From Candidatus Fraserbacteria bacterium (GTDB taxonomy: Bacteria > Bipolaricaulota > Bipolaricaulia > RBG-16-55-9 > DRXL01): a stretch of 64,000 nucleotides of DNA. Position numbers and translations under genes: made by a program. The stretch spans positions 96,001 through 160,000 of the forward strand of contig CAMTVK010000002.1 of assembly GCA_947085185.1 (NCBI GenBank), in the 5' to 3' direction. Under the pieces are notes generated by a model. It did not search any database. It was not told where the DNA came from and worked only from the letters and a program-made list of their open reading frames with translations. Below are positions 20,676 through 29,709 of this stretch, in pieces. Each line of letters starts with the position of its first letter. Within the stretch, counting starts at the first letter, position 1.

Positions 20676-21089
20676 ATGCCAAACGCACGCAAGGCCGCAA
20701 GGCGTGCGCCCTGGGGGGGGCACGTCTCGATTGCGGAAGAAGTAGTCGGTTCTATCGCGAGCATTGCCGCCCAAGAAGTCGAGGGGCTGAGCGGACTGAA
20801 GGGCGCTGTTGCCGACGGGCTGGCAGCGCTGCTCCCCGGGGAGAAGCGTCAGGGAGTCGCCGCACAGCTCTCTCAAGATCAGTCCATTCGGATTCGGCTC
20901 AAAGCCGTGATTCACTATGGGTATCCCATCCACGAGGTTGCTCACAAAGTCCAAGCCAAAGTGAAGCAGGAGATCGAGGGGATGACGGGCTTGCGGGTGA
21001 GCGCCGTAGATGTCTACGTGCACGAGCTTGACCTTGGGGAAAAGACATCCCCACGGGGCACAGAGCGGCGCACGAAGGAGGAGTCGTGA
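20676..21089 (+). CDS. Asp23/Gls24 family envelope stress protein
   Basis: IAEEVVGSIA, YGYPIHEVA..VQ and MTGLRVSAVDVYV. Confidence 0.88.
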   Translation: MPNARKAARRAPWGGHVSIAEEVVGSIASIAAQEVEGLSGLKGAVADGLAALLPGEKRQGVAAQLSQDQSIRIRLKAVIHYGYPIHEVAHKVQAKVKQEIEGMTGLRVSAVDVYVHELDLGEKTSPRGTERRTKEES

Positions 21090-21679
21090 AGCAAACGATA
21101 GATTACATAGCAGAGATCTTATACGCCGGTGCTGTTTTGGTGTGCTGGGTCGCGACCGCAGGGCTCTTGTGGGTAGCATTTGGGGTGGCTACTGCTCCTG
21201 AGGAGCAAGTCTGGGAGTTTTTCATGGCGTTTCTCAGAAGAAATACGTGGTGGGTGGTGCTGCTCGATGTCATGGCGTTGTTGCTCTTTTTGGTCGGTGT
21301 CTATTTCTTGGCCCAATTGTTGCAGGCGCGGCGACGCTGGAAGCGCATCCAGCATGAGAGCCCGCGCGGCCCCGTAGAGATCTCGCTCTTTGCCATTCGC
21401 TCGTACATTGAGCGCATCCTCGCATACGAGTTTGGGCTCCGACGATATCGCGTGGCGCTTGAACACACGAGCAACGGACTCTATGTCTTCATTCGCGCGG
21501 AGCTGCCTGTGGGGAAAAACGTGCTCGATACGGCTGAGAGAATCCAGCAGACTATTGAGGAGCACGTTGAAGATCGCGTGGGAGTGAAGGTCCATCGCGT
21601 TCAGGTGATCGCTGCGGGGATCGTCAGCGAGAGTAGCGAGGAGCGCCCGCTCTTCCACGGCGAAGGAGAAGTCGAGTGA
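21086..21679 (+). CDS. AmaP-like alkaline shock membrane anchor
   Basis: Two TM helices, GPVEISLFAI and an Asp23-like C-terminus, in conserved asp23-amaP-DUF2273-nusB context. Confidence 0.75.
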   Translation: MKQTIDYIAEILYAGAVLVCWVATAGLLWVAFGVATAPEEQVWEFFMAFLRRNTWWVVLLDVMALLLFLVGVYFLAQLLQARRRWKRIQHESPRGPVEISLFAIRSYIERILAYEFGLRRYRVALEHTSNGLYVFIRAELPVGKNVLDTAERIQQTIEEHVEDRVGVKVHRVQVIAAGIVSESSEERPLFHGEGEVE

Positions 21680-21870
21680 TGATGCGATTGTCCCCAAGCG
21701 CTCTTGGTGCGATTGTGGGAGTACTTGTTGGGCTGTTGTGGATTTGGCTGAATGTGAAATTATTTCTGATCTTGTTTTTCGCTGTGTTGGGGTTTGCGAT
21801 CGGCAAGCTCTTTGAATCCGAAGACCTGCGCGAACGAGTCCGAGAGCTCTTCTCGTTCTTCTACCGATGA
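21676..21870 (+). CDS. Small integral membrane protein (DUF2273-like)
   Basis: GAIVGVLVGLL..GFAIGK, plus operon context. Confidence 0.75.
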   Translation: MMMRLSPSALGAIVGVLVGLLWIWLNVKLFLILFFAVLGFAIGKLFESEDLRERVRELFSFFYR

Positions 21871-22265
21871 AGACGTTACCGCGCCGCGCTGCCCGCGAGA
21901 GAATACTCAAAATGCTCTTCCAGAAGGACTTTCGTACTGTCAGTTGGGCAGAGCTCTTGGCGGAGCACCCTGCCGACGACCCCTATGTGCGCGAGGTTAT
22001 TCAGGGATTGGCCAGCAAACAGCCGGAGATTGACGCGCTCATCGCGGAGAAGGCCGCAGGCTGGCGCTTGGAGCGCTTGCACTCTGTAGACAGAAATATC
22101 TTACGGCTGGCAGTCTACGAGCTGTGCTATCGCGAGGACGTGCCGCCGGAAGTGATCATTGACGAGGCTGTGGAACTGGCGAAAAAGTACAGTGGCGAGC
22201 ACTCGCCGGTGTTTATCAATGGGATCTTAGATCGCATCTGGAAGGAGAAAGCACACCGATCATGA
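21867..22265 (+). CDS. nusB: Transcription antitermination factor NusB
   Basis: RRAARE, VDRNILRLAVYE, IDEAVELAKKY and FINGILD. Confidence 0.95.
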   Translation: MKTLPRRAARERILKMLFQKDFRTVSWAELLAEHPADDPYVREVIQGLASKQPEIDALIAEKAAGWRLERLHSVDRNILRLAVYELCYREDVPPEVIIDEAVELAKKYSGEHSPVFINGILDRIWKEKAHRS

Positions 22266-23242
22266 AGATCTTAGTGACAGGGGGAGCAGGGTTCATTGGG
22301 TCACATGTAGTGGATGCGTATATCGCCCAAGGTCACATAGTGACTGTCATAGATAATCTCTCGACGGGATATAGAGAATTTCTCAATCCCAAGGCGCGGT
22401 TCTATCACGTTGATATAGCGGACCGTGCTGCGGTGCGGGAGGTCTTCGCTCAGGAGCGGTTTGATGTAGTCAACCATCATGCAGCTCAAGTGGACGTGCG
22501 CGTCTCGGTGCGTGATCCGCTCTTGGATGCGCGCACGAATATTATGGGATTGCTCACGCTGCTTGAAGCATGCCGTGAGTTCTCTGTCAAAAAATTTATT
22601 TTTATCTCGTCGGGCGGGGTCATCTATGGGGAATCCGAGAAGCTCCCCACCCCAGAAGATGCCCCCAAAAAACCGATCAGTCCCTATGGGGTCGCCAAGC
22701 TTGCAAGTGAGTTGTATCTCTTCAGTGCCAAGCACACGTGGGGATTAGAATATATTGCGCTGCGCTACGCGAACGTCTACGGGCCACGCCAGACCCCTCA
22801 CAGCGAAGCGACCGTCATCAGCACGTTTGCGCGAGCCCTTGCACACAATGAGCCTGTCACGATCTTCGGTGACGGCCAGCAGACGCGCGACTTCGTCTTC
22901 GTGAGCGACGTTGCCGCGGCGAATCTCCTCGCGACCGAGTTCCTTGAGAAGATCCATGGCGCTCCTGCGCACTCTATAGACGACCTTGCGTTCAATATTG
23001 GAACGGGGCACCAGACGAGCGTGAACGACTTGCTCAAGAAATTCTCGCACGCCTTGCATAAAGAGTGTGCAGTGCATTACGCGCCGCCGCGTCCAGGGGA
23101 GCTCAAGCATAGCGCTCTGGATATCTCTAAAGCACACGAACTTTTAGGCTTTAGGCCCCAAGTCTCTCTTGAAGAAGGCTTACAGATGACGATGGCCTGG
23201 GTGAGAGAAGCGACTTTGCCGGAATGTAAGTTGGATTACTGA
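22262..23242 (+). CDS. NAD-dependent sugar epimerase (UDP-glucose 4-epimerase-like)
   Basis: GGAGFIG, HHAAQ, YGVAK (YxxxK), NVYGPRQ and TRDFVFV. Confidence 0.92.
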   Translation: MKILVTGGAGFIGSHVVDAYIAQGHIVTVIDNLSTGYREFLNPKARFYHVDIADRAAVREVFAQERFDVVNHHAAQVDVRVSVRDPLLDARTNIMGLLTLLEACREFSVKKFIFISSGGVIYGESEKLPTPEDAPKKPISPYGVAKLASELYLFSAKHTWGLEYIALRYANVYGPRQTPHSEATVISTFARALAHNEPVTIFGDGQQTRDFVFVSDVAAANLLATEFLEKIHGAPAHSIDDLAFNIGTGHQTSVNDLLKKFSHALHKECAVHYAPPRPGELKHSALDISKAHELLGFRPQVSLEEGLQMTMAWVREATLPECKLDY

Positions 23243-23267
23243 CACAACGCCAAGGAGGTCTTATACT
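23239..23267 (+). promoter_or_regulatory. Candidate promoter for an intergenic sRNA
   Basis: CTGACA-17-TATACT. Confidence 0.5.
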
Positions 23268-23271
23268 CAGG

Positions 23272-23367
23272 GAGAATCACCTCCTTGGGCTTGGCCGAAG
23301 AGAATCAGCCAAGCGAGTCGCAAAACCCTCTCACCTCCTAGGGGCGGCCCCCAAGGCCGCCTTTTTC
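23272..23367 (+). ncRNA. Candidate small RNA with two anti-SD (UCACCUCCU) motifs
   Basis: Promoter upstream, internal hairpin GCTTGGC/GCCAAGC, TCACCTCCT at 23277 and 23331, and an intrinsic terminator at the end. Confidence 0.5.
23343..23366 (+). terminator. Intrinsic terminator
   Basis: GGCGGCC-CCCAA-GGCCGCC followed by TTTTT. Confidence 0.8.
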
Positions 23368-23368
23368 G

Positions 23369-23674
23369 TTAGGGCCATAGGTGCCCATCACGACAGATGA
23401 TCCCTAGGGCTTCCAAGTAAGACAGGCAGCGGTCGCGTCGCTGCAGCCACCGTAGATGACCTTCGCGAGCGTCGAGTTCGTCTTTATACGCTTCGAGCTC
23501 GACAGCTCCATAGCCGGTGCCACGTTGCAGGACATAGCAATATGATTTGAATTGTTCGGCGCTGCCGGTGGTGCGGATCTCGATCTCCTTGCCATCGCGC
23601 TCGGCAATCTTGCCGCGCAGGAACAGCTGTGGTTGAGAGGGAGGCTCATGCGACGTAGGGTAAGCCATAGACAT
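23369..23674 (-). CDS. Hypothetical protein (101 aa)
   Basis: SD AGAAGGAG before the ATG at 23674; it follows ccsA. Confidence 0.6.
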   Translation of the reverse strand: MSMAYPTSHEPPSQPQLFLRGKIAERDGKEIEIRTTGSAEQFKSYCYVLQRGTGYGAVELEAYKDELDAREGHLRWLQRRDRCLSYLEALGIICRDGHLWP

Positions 23675-23702
23675 CGGACTCCTTCTCAAAAAGTTTAGCG
23701 CA

Positions 23703-24797
23703 TTACACGAAGCTGTGCAAGCTCGCCACAAAATAATTAATCCCGATCCATGCGTAGAGCACCGCCAGATACCCTAAGACCGACAACCACGCAACCAGGC
23801 CGCCGCGCCAGCCCGCATCATGTGCCCCCCACGTCAGCCGAGCGTGTAAATAGACAGCATAGACCAGCGCTGCCACAAGCATCGCTGTCTCTTTGGGATC
23901 CCAGCCCCAATAGCGACCCCATGCTTGTTCCGCCCAGATCCCCCCAAAGACTAACCCCCCAATCGCGTAGAACGGAAATCCCAAAGCATTGCAGCGATAG
24001 ATCATCTCTTCGAGGGACTCGAGCCTCTCCCATACGACAGTATGCTCTTTGTGTACGAAGAGCAAGAGCCCCCCAAAGCCTGCGCTTAAGAGGAACAGGA
24101 GCGCCACCGCGGCGAGCATCTGAGGCGGTTGGAGCGTGGCAAAGAGCGGAATTACCAAGAAAATCACGCCGGCGATGCTTCCAAGCAGCGCCCCAAACAA
24201 GAGCACGAGAGTCTTCTCATAGCGGCGCCATAGATAGACCAGCGTCGCGCCAAATCCGCTGGTGAAGAGCGCGATCCCCAGCACCATAAAGAGCACATGG
24301 ATCGTCAGCCAGTAGCTCTGGAGGCTGGGAGGCACGCCCGTGGGGGCGCTCGGCGCGATAGTGGGCGACGCTGCGAGGGCCAGCATCACAAACGCCGCCC
24401 CACTGATGAAAACCCCAACTTGCTTCATCTGAAACCAACGCTCTACGAAGAGATAGACCAAGGGGATCAACCATGAGAAGAACGCCAGCGTCTCGTAGGT
24501 CGTAGAGACGGGCAAGAAGAAGATCTTGACCCACTGCGACGCATTGCCCAACTCAATGGCGCGAGCGATCACACCAGCACTCGAGATCGCAAGGCTGACC
24601 ATCAGGGCGCGAGTCGCCCACATGCCCCACGCCCTATTCGATACCCCCCACGCTGCGCTCGACGCCACAATGCCCAGAGCTTCCGAGCGCGTCCGCTGAT
24701 GCGTTGTCCCCATTACCGTGTGGAGCAGATAGAGCACGAACGTGACAAAGTAGCTCACCGTGCTGAGATAGAAAAGCACCACGCTTGGATATTTCAT
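23703..24797 (-). CDS. ccsA: Cytochrome c biogenesis heme lyase CcsA/ResC (system II)
   Basis: LQSYWLTIH, the WWD domain GGIWAEQAWGRYWGWDPKE, YLHAR and C-terminal LHS. Confidence 0.92.
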   Translation of the reverse strand: MKYPSVVLFYLSTVSYFVTFVLYLLHTVMGTTHQRTRSEALGIVASSAAWGVSNRAWGMWATRALMVSLAISSAGVIARAIELGNASQWVKIFFLPVSTTYETLAFFSWLIPLVYLFVERWFQMKQVGVFISGAAFVMLALAASPTIAPSAPTGVPPSLQSYWLTIHVLFMVLGIALFTSGFGATLVYLWRRYEKTLVLLFGALLGSIAGVIFLVIPLFATLQPPQMLAAVALLFLLSAGFGGLLLFVHKEHTVVWERLESLEEMIYRCNALGFPFYAIGGLVFGGIWAEQAWGRYWGWDPKETAMLVAALVYAVYLHARLTWGAHDAGWRGGLVAWLSVLGYLAVLYAWIGINYFVASLHSFV

Positions 24798-24823
24798 AAA
24801 CAGCCTCCTCGGTGTAGCCCATT

Positions 24824-24882
24824 ACTATACCCATAGGGAGGGAGCCTGTCAACTTGCGCGCCAGTCTTCGAAGGAATATAAT
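24824..24882. promoter_or_regulatory. Back-to-back divergent sigma70 promoters
   Basis: Minus strand TTGACA-17-TATAGT (24824-24852); plus strand TTGCGC-17-TATAAT (24854-24882). Confidence 0.65.
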
Positions 24883-24900
24883 CGCTCAGGGAGGTGGGAG

Positions 24901-25485
24901 ATGCTATCCCACAGGATCACACCCGTGCGCGAACATATAGCGTATCAGTTGCTCTACGAGCTAAGAACTGCCCCCGTGGGGCGACGCACGCTCGTAGAGC
25001 GCACGGGGCTGACGGAGAGCGTCGTGCGCACCGAGCTGGAGAAACTTGAATCGCAGAAGCTTGTCTCGTTTTCCAAGCTGGGCACATCTCTCACGGCGCG
25101 CGGCCGGCAGTTTCTCTCAGAGAAGCTCAGGGCAATAGCCGACGTTCGTGATGCTCATTTGAAGAATCTGATGCTCGATCGCTATGGGCGGATGGCGCAT
25201 GTGCGCCGGGCAACTGAGGGCTTTATGAGTTGGTTGTATCGAGATATCGCGGTGCGCGATGGCGCGACTGCGGCGCTCTTCCTCACGAAGCGCATAGATG
25301 CGCTCTGCTTCATCGAAGAGCGTACCGCGCTCGCTCAACAGAACCCCGACGATAACGCCCTCTTAGAACAATCATTTCCCAGGCTCAAGGACGGTGATCT
25401 GATCATCATAGTCTTTGGCCCAACAAAAGGGGCGGCGACACGCGGCCTGTGGGCCATTCTCCGGGCTTTGATAGCCAATCAATAG
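24901..25485 (+). CDS. Winged-helix protein (DUF4443-like), putative regulator
   Basis: PVGRRTL..TGLTESVVRTELEKL..GTSLTARG (wHTH) and RDIAVRDGATAA. Confidence 0.6.
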   Translation: MLSHRITPVREHIAYQLLYELRTAPVGRRTLVERTGLTESVVRTELEKLESQKLVSFSKLGTSLTARGRQFLSEKLRAIADVRDAHLKNLMLDRYGRMAHVRRATEGFMSWLYRDIAVRDGATAALFLTKRIDALCFIEERTALAQQNPDDNALLEQSFPRLKDGDLIIIVFGPTKGAATRGLWAILRALIANQ

Positions 25486-25514
25486 CTCAATAACTCTCTT
25501 GAGGGAGGAGACCT

Positions 25515-26405
25515 ATGCGCTGGACTCGATGGAAGGGCGTAGCGGTGTGCGCTCTTGTTCTTTTCGGGTTGGTCTGGCCATCGCTTGCCGACTATCCTGT
25601 CACTGTGACGGACGATCGGGGCAAGGCGATCACGATCCCCAAGCGTCCTGAGCGGATCGTCGTTGCCGGGACGCCACTCTATACGGAGATTCTTATCGAT
25701 CTTGGGGCGCTCAGTCGAATCGTCGGGGTGAGCGAGTCGGCTGATAATCCCCCAGAAGTTGCGAATGTCCAACGAGTTGGGCCAGTCTTCAACCCCAACA
25801 CTGAGCTCATTATCAAGCTCAAACCCGATGTCGTCTTCGGGGCGATCGGGGCGGTGCGCGAGACGCTGGAGCGCGCCGGGCTGATCGTCATCTCGTTGGG
25901 GAAGGTCGGCAGCGGGGCTATAGACAGCGTCACCGAAATTTTTAAGACGATTCGCTCTATGAATCTCGTCGTCGAGGGCGACACCAAGAGAGCCGATACA
26001 CTGATTGGGAGGATCGCTGAAGAGATCGTGACAATAGAGGGAACGGTGCTCGACCGATTCAAGCCGACGGTCGCGGTTCTCTATCCGACGGGGGAGCAGC
26101 CGCCCTTTGCTGCCGGGCGCAGCACCCCGGAGAACGAGATCGTGCTGCGCGCCGGAGGGATCAATATCTTCCCCGATGTGGCTGACTACAAGCAAGTGAG
26201 CTTTGAGGAGATCGTCAAGCGCGATCCCAGCGTGATCTTCACAGACCCATTGCTCATCCCGCTCATCACTCAACACCGTTTGCTCCAAGGGGTGAAGGCG
26301 GTGAGGGAGAATCGTGTTTACGGGATTAAAGCCTCGCAGTGGGTCTCGTCGCGCATTGCTCAGACGCTCAAGACTGTTGCGGATCTCTTGCATCCCCATC
26401 GCTGA
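25515..26405 (+). CDS. Cobalamin/siderophore ABC substrate-binding protein
   Basis: Signal peptide, YPVTVTDDRG, PERIV, ELIIKLKPDVV and AVRENRVY. Confidence 0.88.
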   Translation: MRWTRWKGVAVCALVLFGLVWPSLADYPVTVTDDRGKAITIPKRPERIVVAGTPLYTEILIDLGALSRIVGVSESADNPPEVANVQRVGPVFNPNTELIIKLKPDVVFGAIGAVRETLERAGLIVISLGKVGSGAIDSVTEIFKTIRSMNLVVEGDTKRADTLIGRIAEEIVTIEGTVLDRFKPTVAVLYPTGEQPPFAAGRSTPENEIVLRAGGINIFPDVADYKQVSFEEIVKRDPSVIFTDPLLIPLITQHRLLQGVKAVRENRVYGIKASQWVSSRIAQTLKTVADLLHPHR

Positions 26406-26421
26406 AAGAGAGAGGTGCACA

Positions 26422-27405
26422 GTGCGCTGGAAGGGCCTGCTGGCACTGGGCAGTCTGAGCTTGTTGCTTGTGGGAGCTCTGATAGTGGGCGTAGCCGTGG
26501 GGGCTGTGCCCATCTCGCTCTTTCGGTGCGCTCCCACGGAGTGCTTTATTCTGACGCAGATTCGGCTTCCAAGAGTGCTTTTGGCGGCTTTGGTAGGCGG
26601 GGCGCTTGGGCTCTGCGGAGCCGTGATGCAAGGGCTCTTTCGCAATCCCCTTGCTGACCCCTATCTGTTGGGGATCGCCAGCGGTGCCACCGCCGGCGTG
26701 GCGCTCGTGATCGCGCTGCGTCTTGATATCTTGTGGGGAGCTGCCCCAATAGGGGCGTTTCTTGGGGGTGTGCTCGCTGTCGGGATCGTCTATCGCATCG
26801 CGCAGACGCGCTGGGCTCAGCTGGACAATTACGCGCTCATTCTCTCTGGGGTGGCGCTCGCCGCGCTCTTTTCGGCGATCACGAGCTTTTTGCTCTTCTA
26901 TAGCGGAGCATCTCAAGATGCACGACGGCTGATCTTTTGGATCTTGGGCGGGCTTGGCGGCGCCCAATGGCTCTACGTCTTTGGGCTGCTGGGGACACTT
27001 TTGGTCACCGGGGCGGGGCTTATGCTCTTTGCGCGCGATCTCAATGCGCTCTCATTGGGTGAAGAGATGGCCGCGCACTTGGGCATCGAGCCCAGACACG
27101 TGCGCACAGTCTTGCTGTTTCTCGTGACGGTGCTCACAGCGGTCGCTGTGGCCGTCTCGGGGACGATCGGATTTGTCGGGCTGATCGTGCCTCATATATT
27201 AAGACTTATCGTTGGGCCCGATCATAGACTCTTATTGCCCGCATCGGCGCTAGGGGGAGCGGTCTTGCTCACGCTCTGCGATGCTCTTGCTCGTACGGTG
27301 CTTGTGCCGACGGAGTTGCCCATCGGGATTCTCACGGCGCTTTTGGGCGCCCCGTTCTTTCTGGCATTATTGCGATCTCGGGCGCAGCTTGGGGCGTCAC
27401 TATGA
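26422..27405 (+). CDS. FecCD/BtuC-family ABC permease
   Basis: IRLPRVLLA, QGLFRNPLADP, GTIGFVGLIVPH and GAPFF. Confidence 0.93.
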   Translation: MRWKGLLALGSLSLLLVGALIVGVAVGAVPISLFRCAPTECFILTQIRLPRVLLAALVGGALGLCGAVMQGLFRNPLADPYLLGIASGATAGVALVIALRLDILWGAAPIGAFLGGVLAVGIVYRIAQTRWAQLDNYALILSGVALAALFSAITSFLLFYSGASQDARRLIFWILGGLGGAQWLYVFGLLGTLLVTGAGLMLFARDLNALSLGEEMAAHLGIEPRHVRTVLLFLVTVLTAVAVAVSGTIGFVGLIVPHILRLIVGPDHRLLLPASALGGAVLLTLCDALARTVLVPTELPIGILTALLGAPFFLALLRSRAQLGASL

Positions 27406-28172
27406 TCTGTCTGGAGAACGTGCAGCTTGGCTATGAGCAGCGCGTTGTATTGCGCGATCTGAATCTGGAGATTGCGCCTGGGGAGGTCTTTGGATTGGTG
27501 GGGCCAAACGGTTCGGGCAAGACGACGCTGCTGCGCGCGATCTCCAGAAGGCTGCCGCCCCAGGCGGGCGCGCTCTATCTTGATGGGCGTCGTCTCCATG
27601 AGCTCTCCCCGAGAGAGTTGGCGCGCGAGCTGGCAGCCCTCGAACAGGAGATCTCGTGTTCGTTTGGCTTCACCGTGAGAGAGCTCGTGGAGCTGGGGCG
27701 CTTGCCCCATCGTGATCGCTGGCAACGACTCTCACAAAAAGACCATGAGATCGTAACCCGTGCGATGGCGCTCACGCATACGCTTGAATTTTCTGGAAGA
27801 AAGATTCACAGTCTCAGCAGCGGGGAACGACAACGGGTGTGGCTTGCCCTCGCTGTGGCTCAAGAGCCCAAAGTCTTACTCTTAGACGAGCCCACGGCCC
27901 ACCTTGATCTGAACTATCAGCTTGAGATCATGGAATTGATTCGCTCCCTTGCCCAAAGAAATTTGACGGTGCTCGTCTCGCTGCACGATCTCAATCTCGC
28001 GCTGCGCTATACAGATCGTGTGGCGCTCTTGAGCGAGGGGCGGATCATCGCCGTAGGCGAGCCGGAGCGCGTCTTGACACCAGAGCTGATCGAGCGCGTC
28101 TTCCGCACAAAAGTGCGCATCATCAACGGCACAGGAGATCTGTATATCGTTCCCATAGGGAGCCGACGATGA
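27402..28172 (+). CDS. ABC ATPase (FecE/BtuD family)
   Basis: GPNGSGKTT, LSSGERQR, LLLDEPT and SLHDLN. Confidence 0.93.
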   Translation: MICLENVQLGYEQRVVLRDLNLEIAPGEVFGLVGPNGSGKTTLLRAISRRLPPQAGALYLDGRRLHELSPRELARELAALEQEISCSFGFTVRELVELGRLPHRDRWQRLSQKDHEIVTRAMALTHTLEFSGRKIHSLSSGERQRVWLALAVAQEPKVLLLDEPTAHLDLNYQLEIMELIRSLAQRNLTVLVSLHDLNLALRYTDRVALLSEGRIIAVGEPERVLTPELIERVFRTKVRIINGTGDLYIVPIGSRR

Positions 28173-29086
28173 AGATCGTCTCGCTCTTGCCTAGTGCGAC
28201 GGAGATCGTGTATGAGCTTGGGCTAGGAGATTCTGTAGTTGGGGTCTCGCATGACTGCGACTGGCCCCCAGAAGTCTTACAGAAACCCAAGCTCAGCCAA
28301 GCTCTCGTACACTCGGAGATGCCCAGCGCCGAAATAGATCAGATCGTGCGCGAGCGGCTCCATAGCGGGCTGAGCGTCTATCATATTGACGCCGAGCTCT
28401 TGCAGCAACTAGAGCCCGATATTATCTTGACACAAGAGCTGTGTGAGGTCTGCGCGCCGTCGTTCGATGACGTGCGCCAGGCTGTGAAACTGTTACACGG
28501 CCACCCCAAGATCGTCTCACTGGAGCCACACACCCTCGAAGATATCTTTGAGAACATCTTGACGGTCGGGGAGGTGACGGGGCGCATACGTGAGGCGCAT
28601 CAGCGTGTCGCTCAGCTGCAGCAGCGCGTCGCGCGCGTTCGTGCCCAGACGGAGCAGCTCACAGATCGTCCGAGGGTCTGCTGTATCGAATGGCTTGAGC
28701 CCATGATGATCGGTGGGCACTGGGTGCCCCAGATGGTCGAGTATGCTGGGGGTGAGGACTATCTTGGGGAGATCGGAGAGCCTTCGTACTATGTGGACTG
28801 GGACGAAGTGAGAGCATACGACCCGGATATTCTCGTGCTGATGCCCTGTGGGTTTTCTCTTGAGCGCACGCTGAGAGAAGCCCATGTGCTCACGGAACTT
28901 GAAGGTTGGCACGAGCTTTCGGCTGTGAAGGACGAGCAAGTCTTTGTCGTCGAAGCCTCGGCGTATTTTAACCGTCCCGGTCCGCGGATCGTGACGGGCT
29001 TGGAGATCTTAGCCGAGCTCATTCATCCGGAGATCTTCTCTGGGCTGGCGCCGACAGAGTCATTCATGCGCTGGGAGGGCGCTTAA
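28169..29086 (+). CDS. Cobalamin-binding protein (BtuF-like, no signal peptide)
   Basis: MKIVSLLPSATEI, VGVSHDCDWP, TQELCEVCA, GHWVP, PCGF and YFNRPGPR. Confidence 0.8.
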   Translation: MKIVSLLPSATEIVYELGLGDSVVGVSHDCDWPPEVLQKPKLSQALVHSEMPSAEIDQIVRERLHSGLSVYHIDAELLQQLEPDIILTQELCEVCAPSFDDVRQAVKLLHGHPKIVSLEPHTLEDIFENILTVGEVTGRIREAHQRVAQLQQRVARVRAQTEQLTDRPRVCCIEWLEPMMIGGHWVPQMVEYAGGEDYLGEIGEPSYYVDWDEVRAYDPDILVLMPCGFSLERTLREAHVLTELEGWHELSAVKDEQVFVVEASAYFNRPGPRIVTGLEILAELIHPEIFSGLAPTESFMRWEGA

Positions 29087-29087
29087 A

Positions 29088-29642
29088 ATGACAGGCAAGA
29101 GCGAGATGGGCTTGGTGCAGATGTGGTGGGGCAACGGCAAGGGCAAGACGACGGCAGCTTTAGGGATGGCGCTGCGCGCCCTGGGCCGGGGATTTCGAGT
29201 CCACTTGATTCAGTTTCTCAAAGGGGGCATCAAGGGCGTGGAAGCTTTTGAGGAGTACGGCGAGCTGAAGGCGCTCAAGCGCTTTGAAAATTTTTCGTAT
29301 GAGCGCTACGGCATGCCCGAATGGCTCATCGGCACTCCCACAGAAGGGCACATCGAAGCCGGACGTAAAGCGCTCGAAGCGACAGCGCGAGCGCTCTCTT
29401 CTGGGCAGTATGACATGGTCATCGTGGATGAGTGTCTGTATGCGGTGCAGATGGGCGTGATCTCATGTGAAGATGTCATTCGCGTCGTGAAGGGCAAAGC
29501 CCCTCATACTGAGTGTGTGTTGACAGGGAGTCACAAGCGACTTCCCGAAATTGAAGAGATCGCGGACTTGGTGACAGAGGTGCGTAAGATCAAGCATCCC
29601 TTCGATAAGGGGATCAAGGCGCGGCCGGGGACGGAGTTCTAA
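29088..29642 (+). CDS. cobO: Cob(I)yrinic acid a,c-diamide adenosyltransferase (CobO/BtuR)
   Basis: GNGKGKTTAALG, IQFLKG, ADLVTE, KHPF and GTEF. Confidence 0.92.
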   Translation: MTGKSEMGLVQMWWGNGKGKTTAALGMALRALGRGFRVHLIQFLKGGIKGVEAFEEYGELKALKRFENFSYERYGMPEWLIGTPTEGHIEAGRKALEATARALSSGQYDMVIVDECLYAVQMGVISCEDVIRVVKGKAPHTECVLTGSHKRLPEIEEIADLVTEVRKIKHPFDKGIKARPGTEF

Positions 29643-29709
29643 GCCCACAGGAAAATCGCGTACAGGAGATCTTGGCACCTGGGCGCACTCTGTGCTATGC
29701 TCTTCTATC

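Noticed and set aside
24798..25514. Possible cobalamin riboswitch upstream of the btu genes
   Set aside because: The intergenic spaces are too short and are occupied by promoters; no B12-box is visible.
25479..26645. 388-aa minus-strand ORF
   Set aside because: Antisense shadow of the ABC binding protein and permease genes, with no recognisable motifs.
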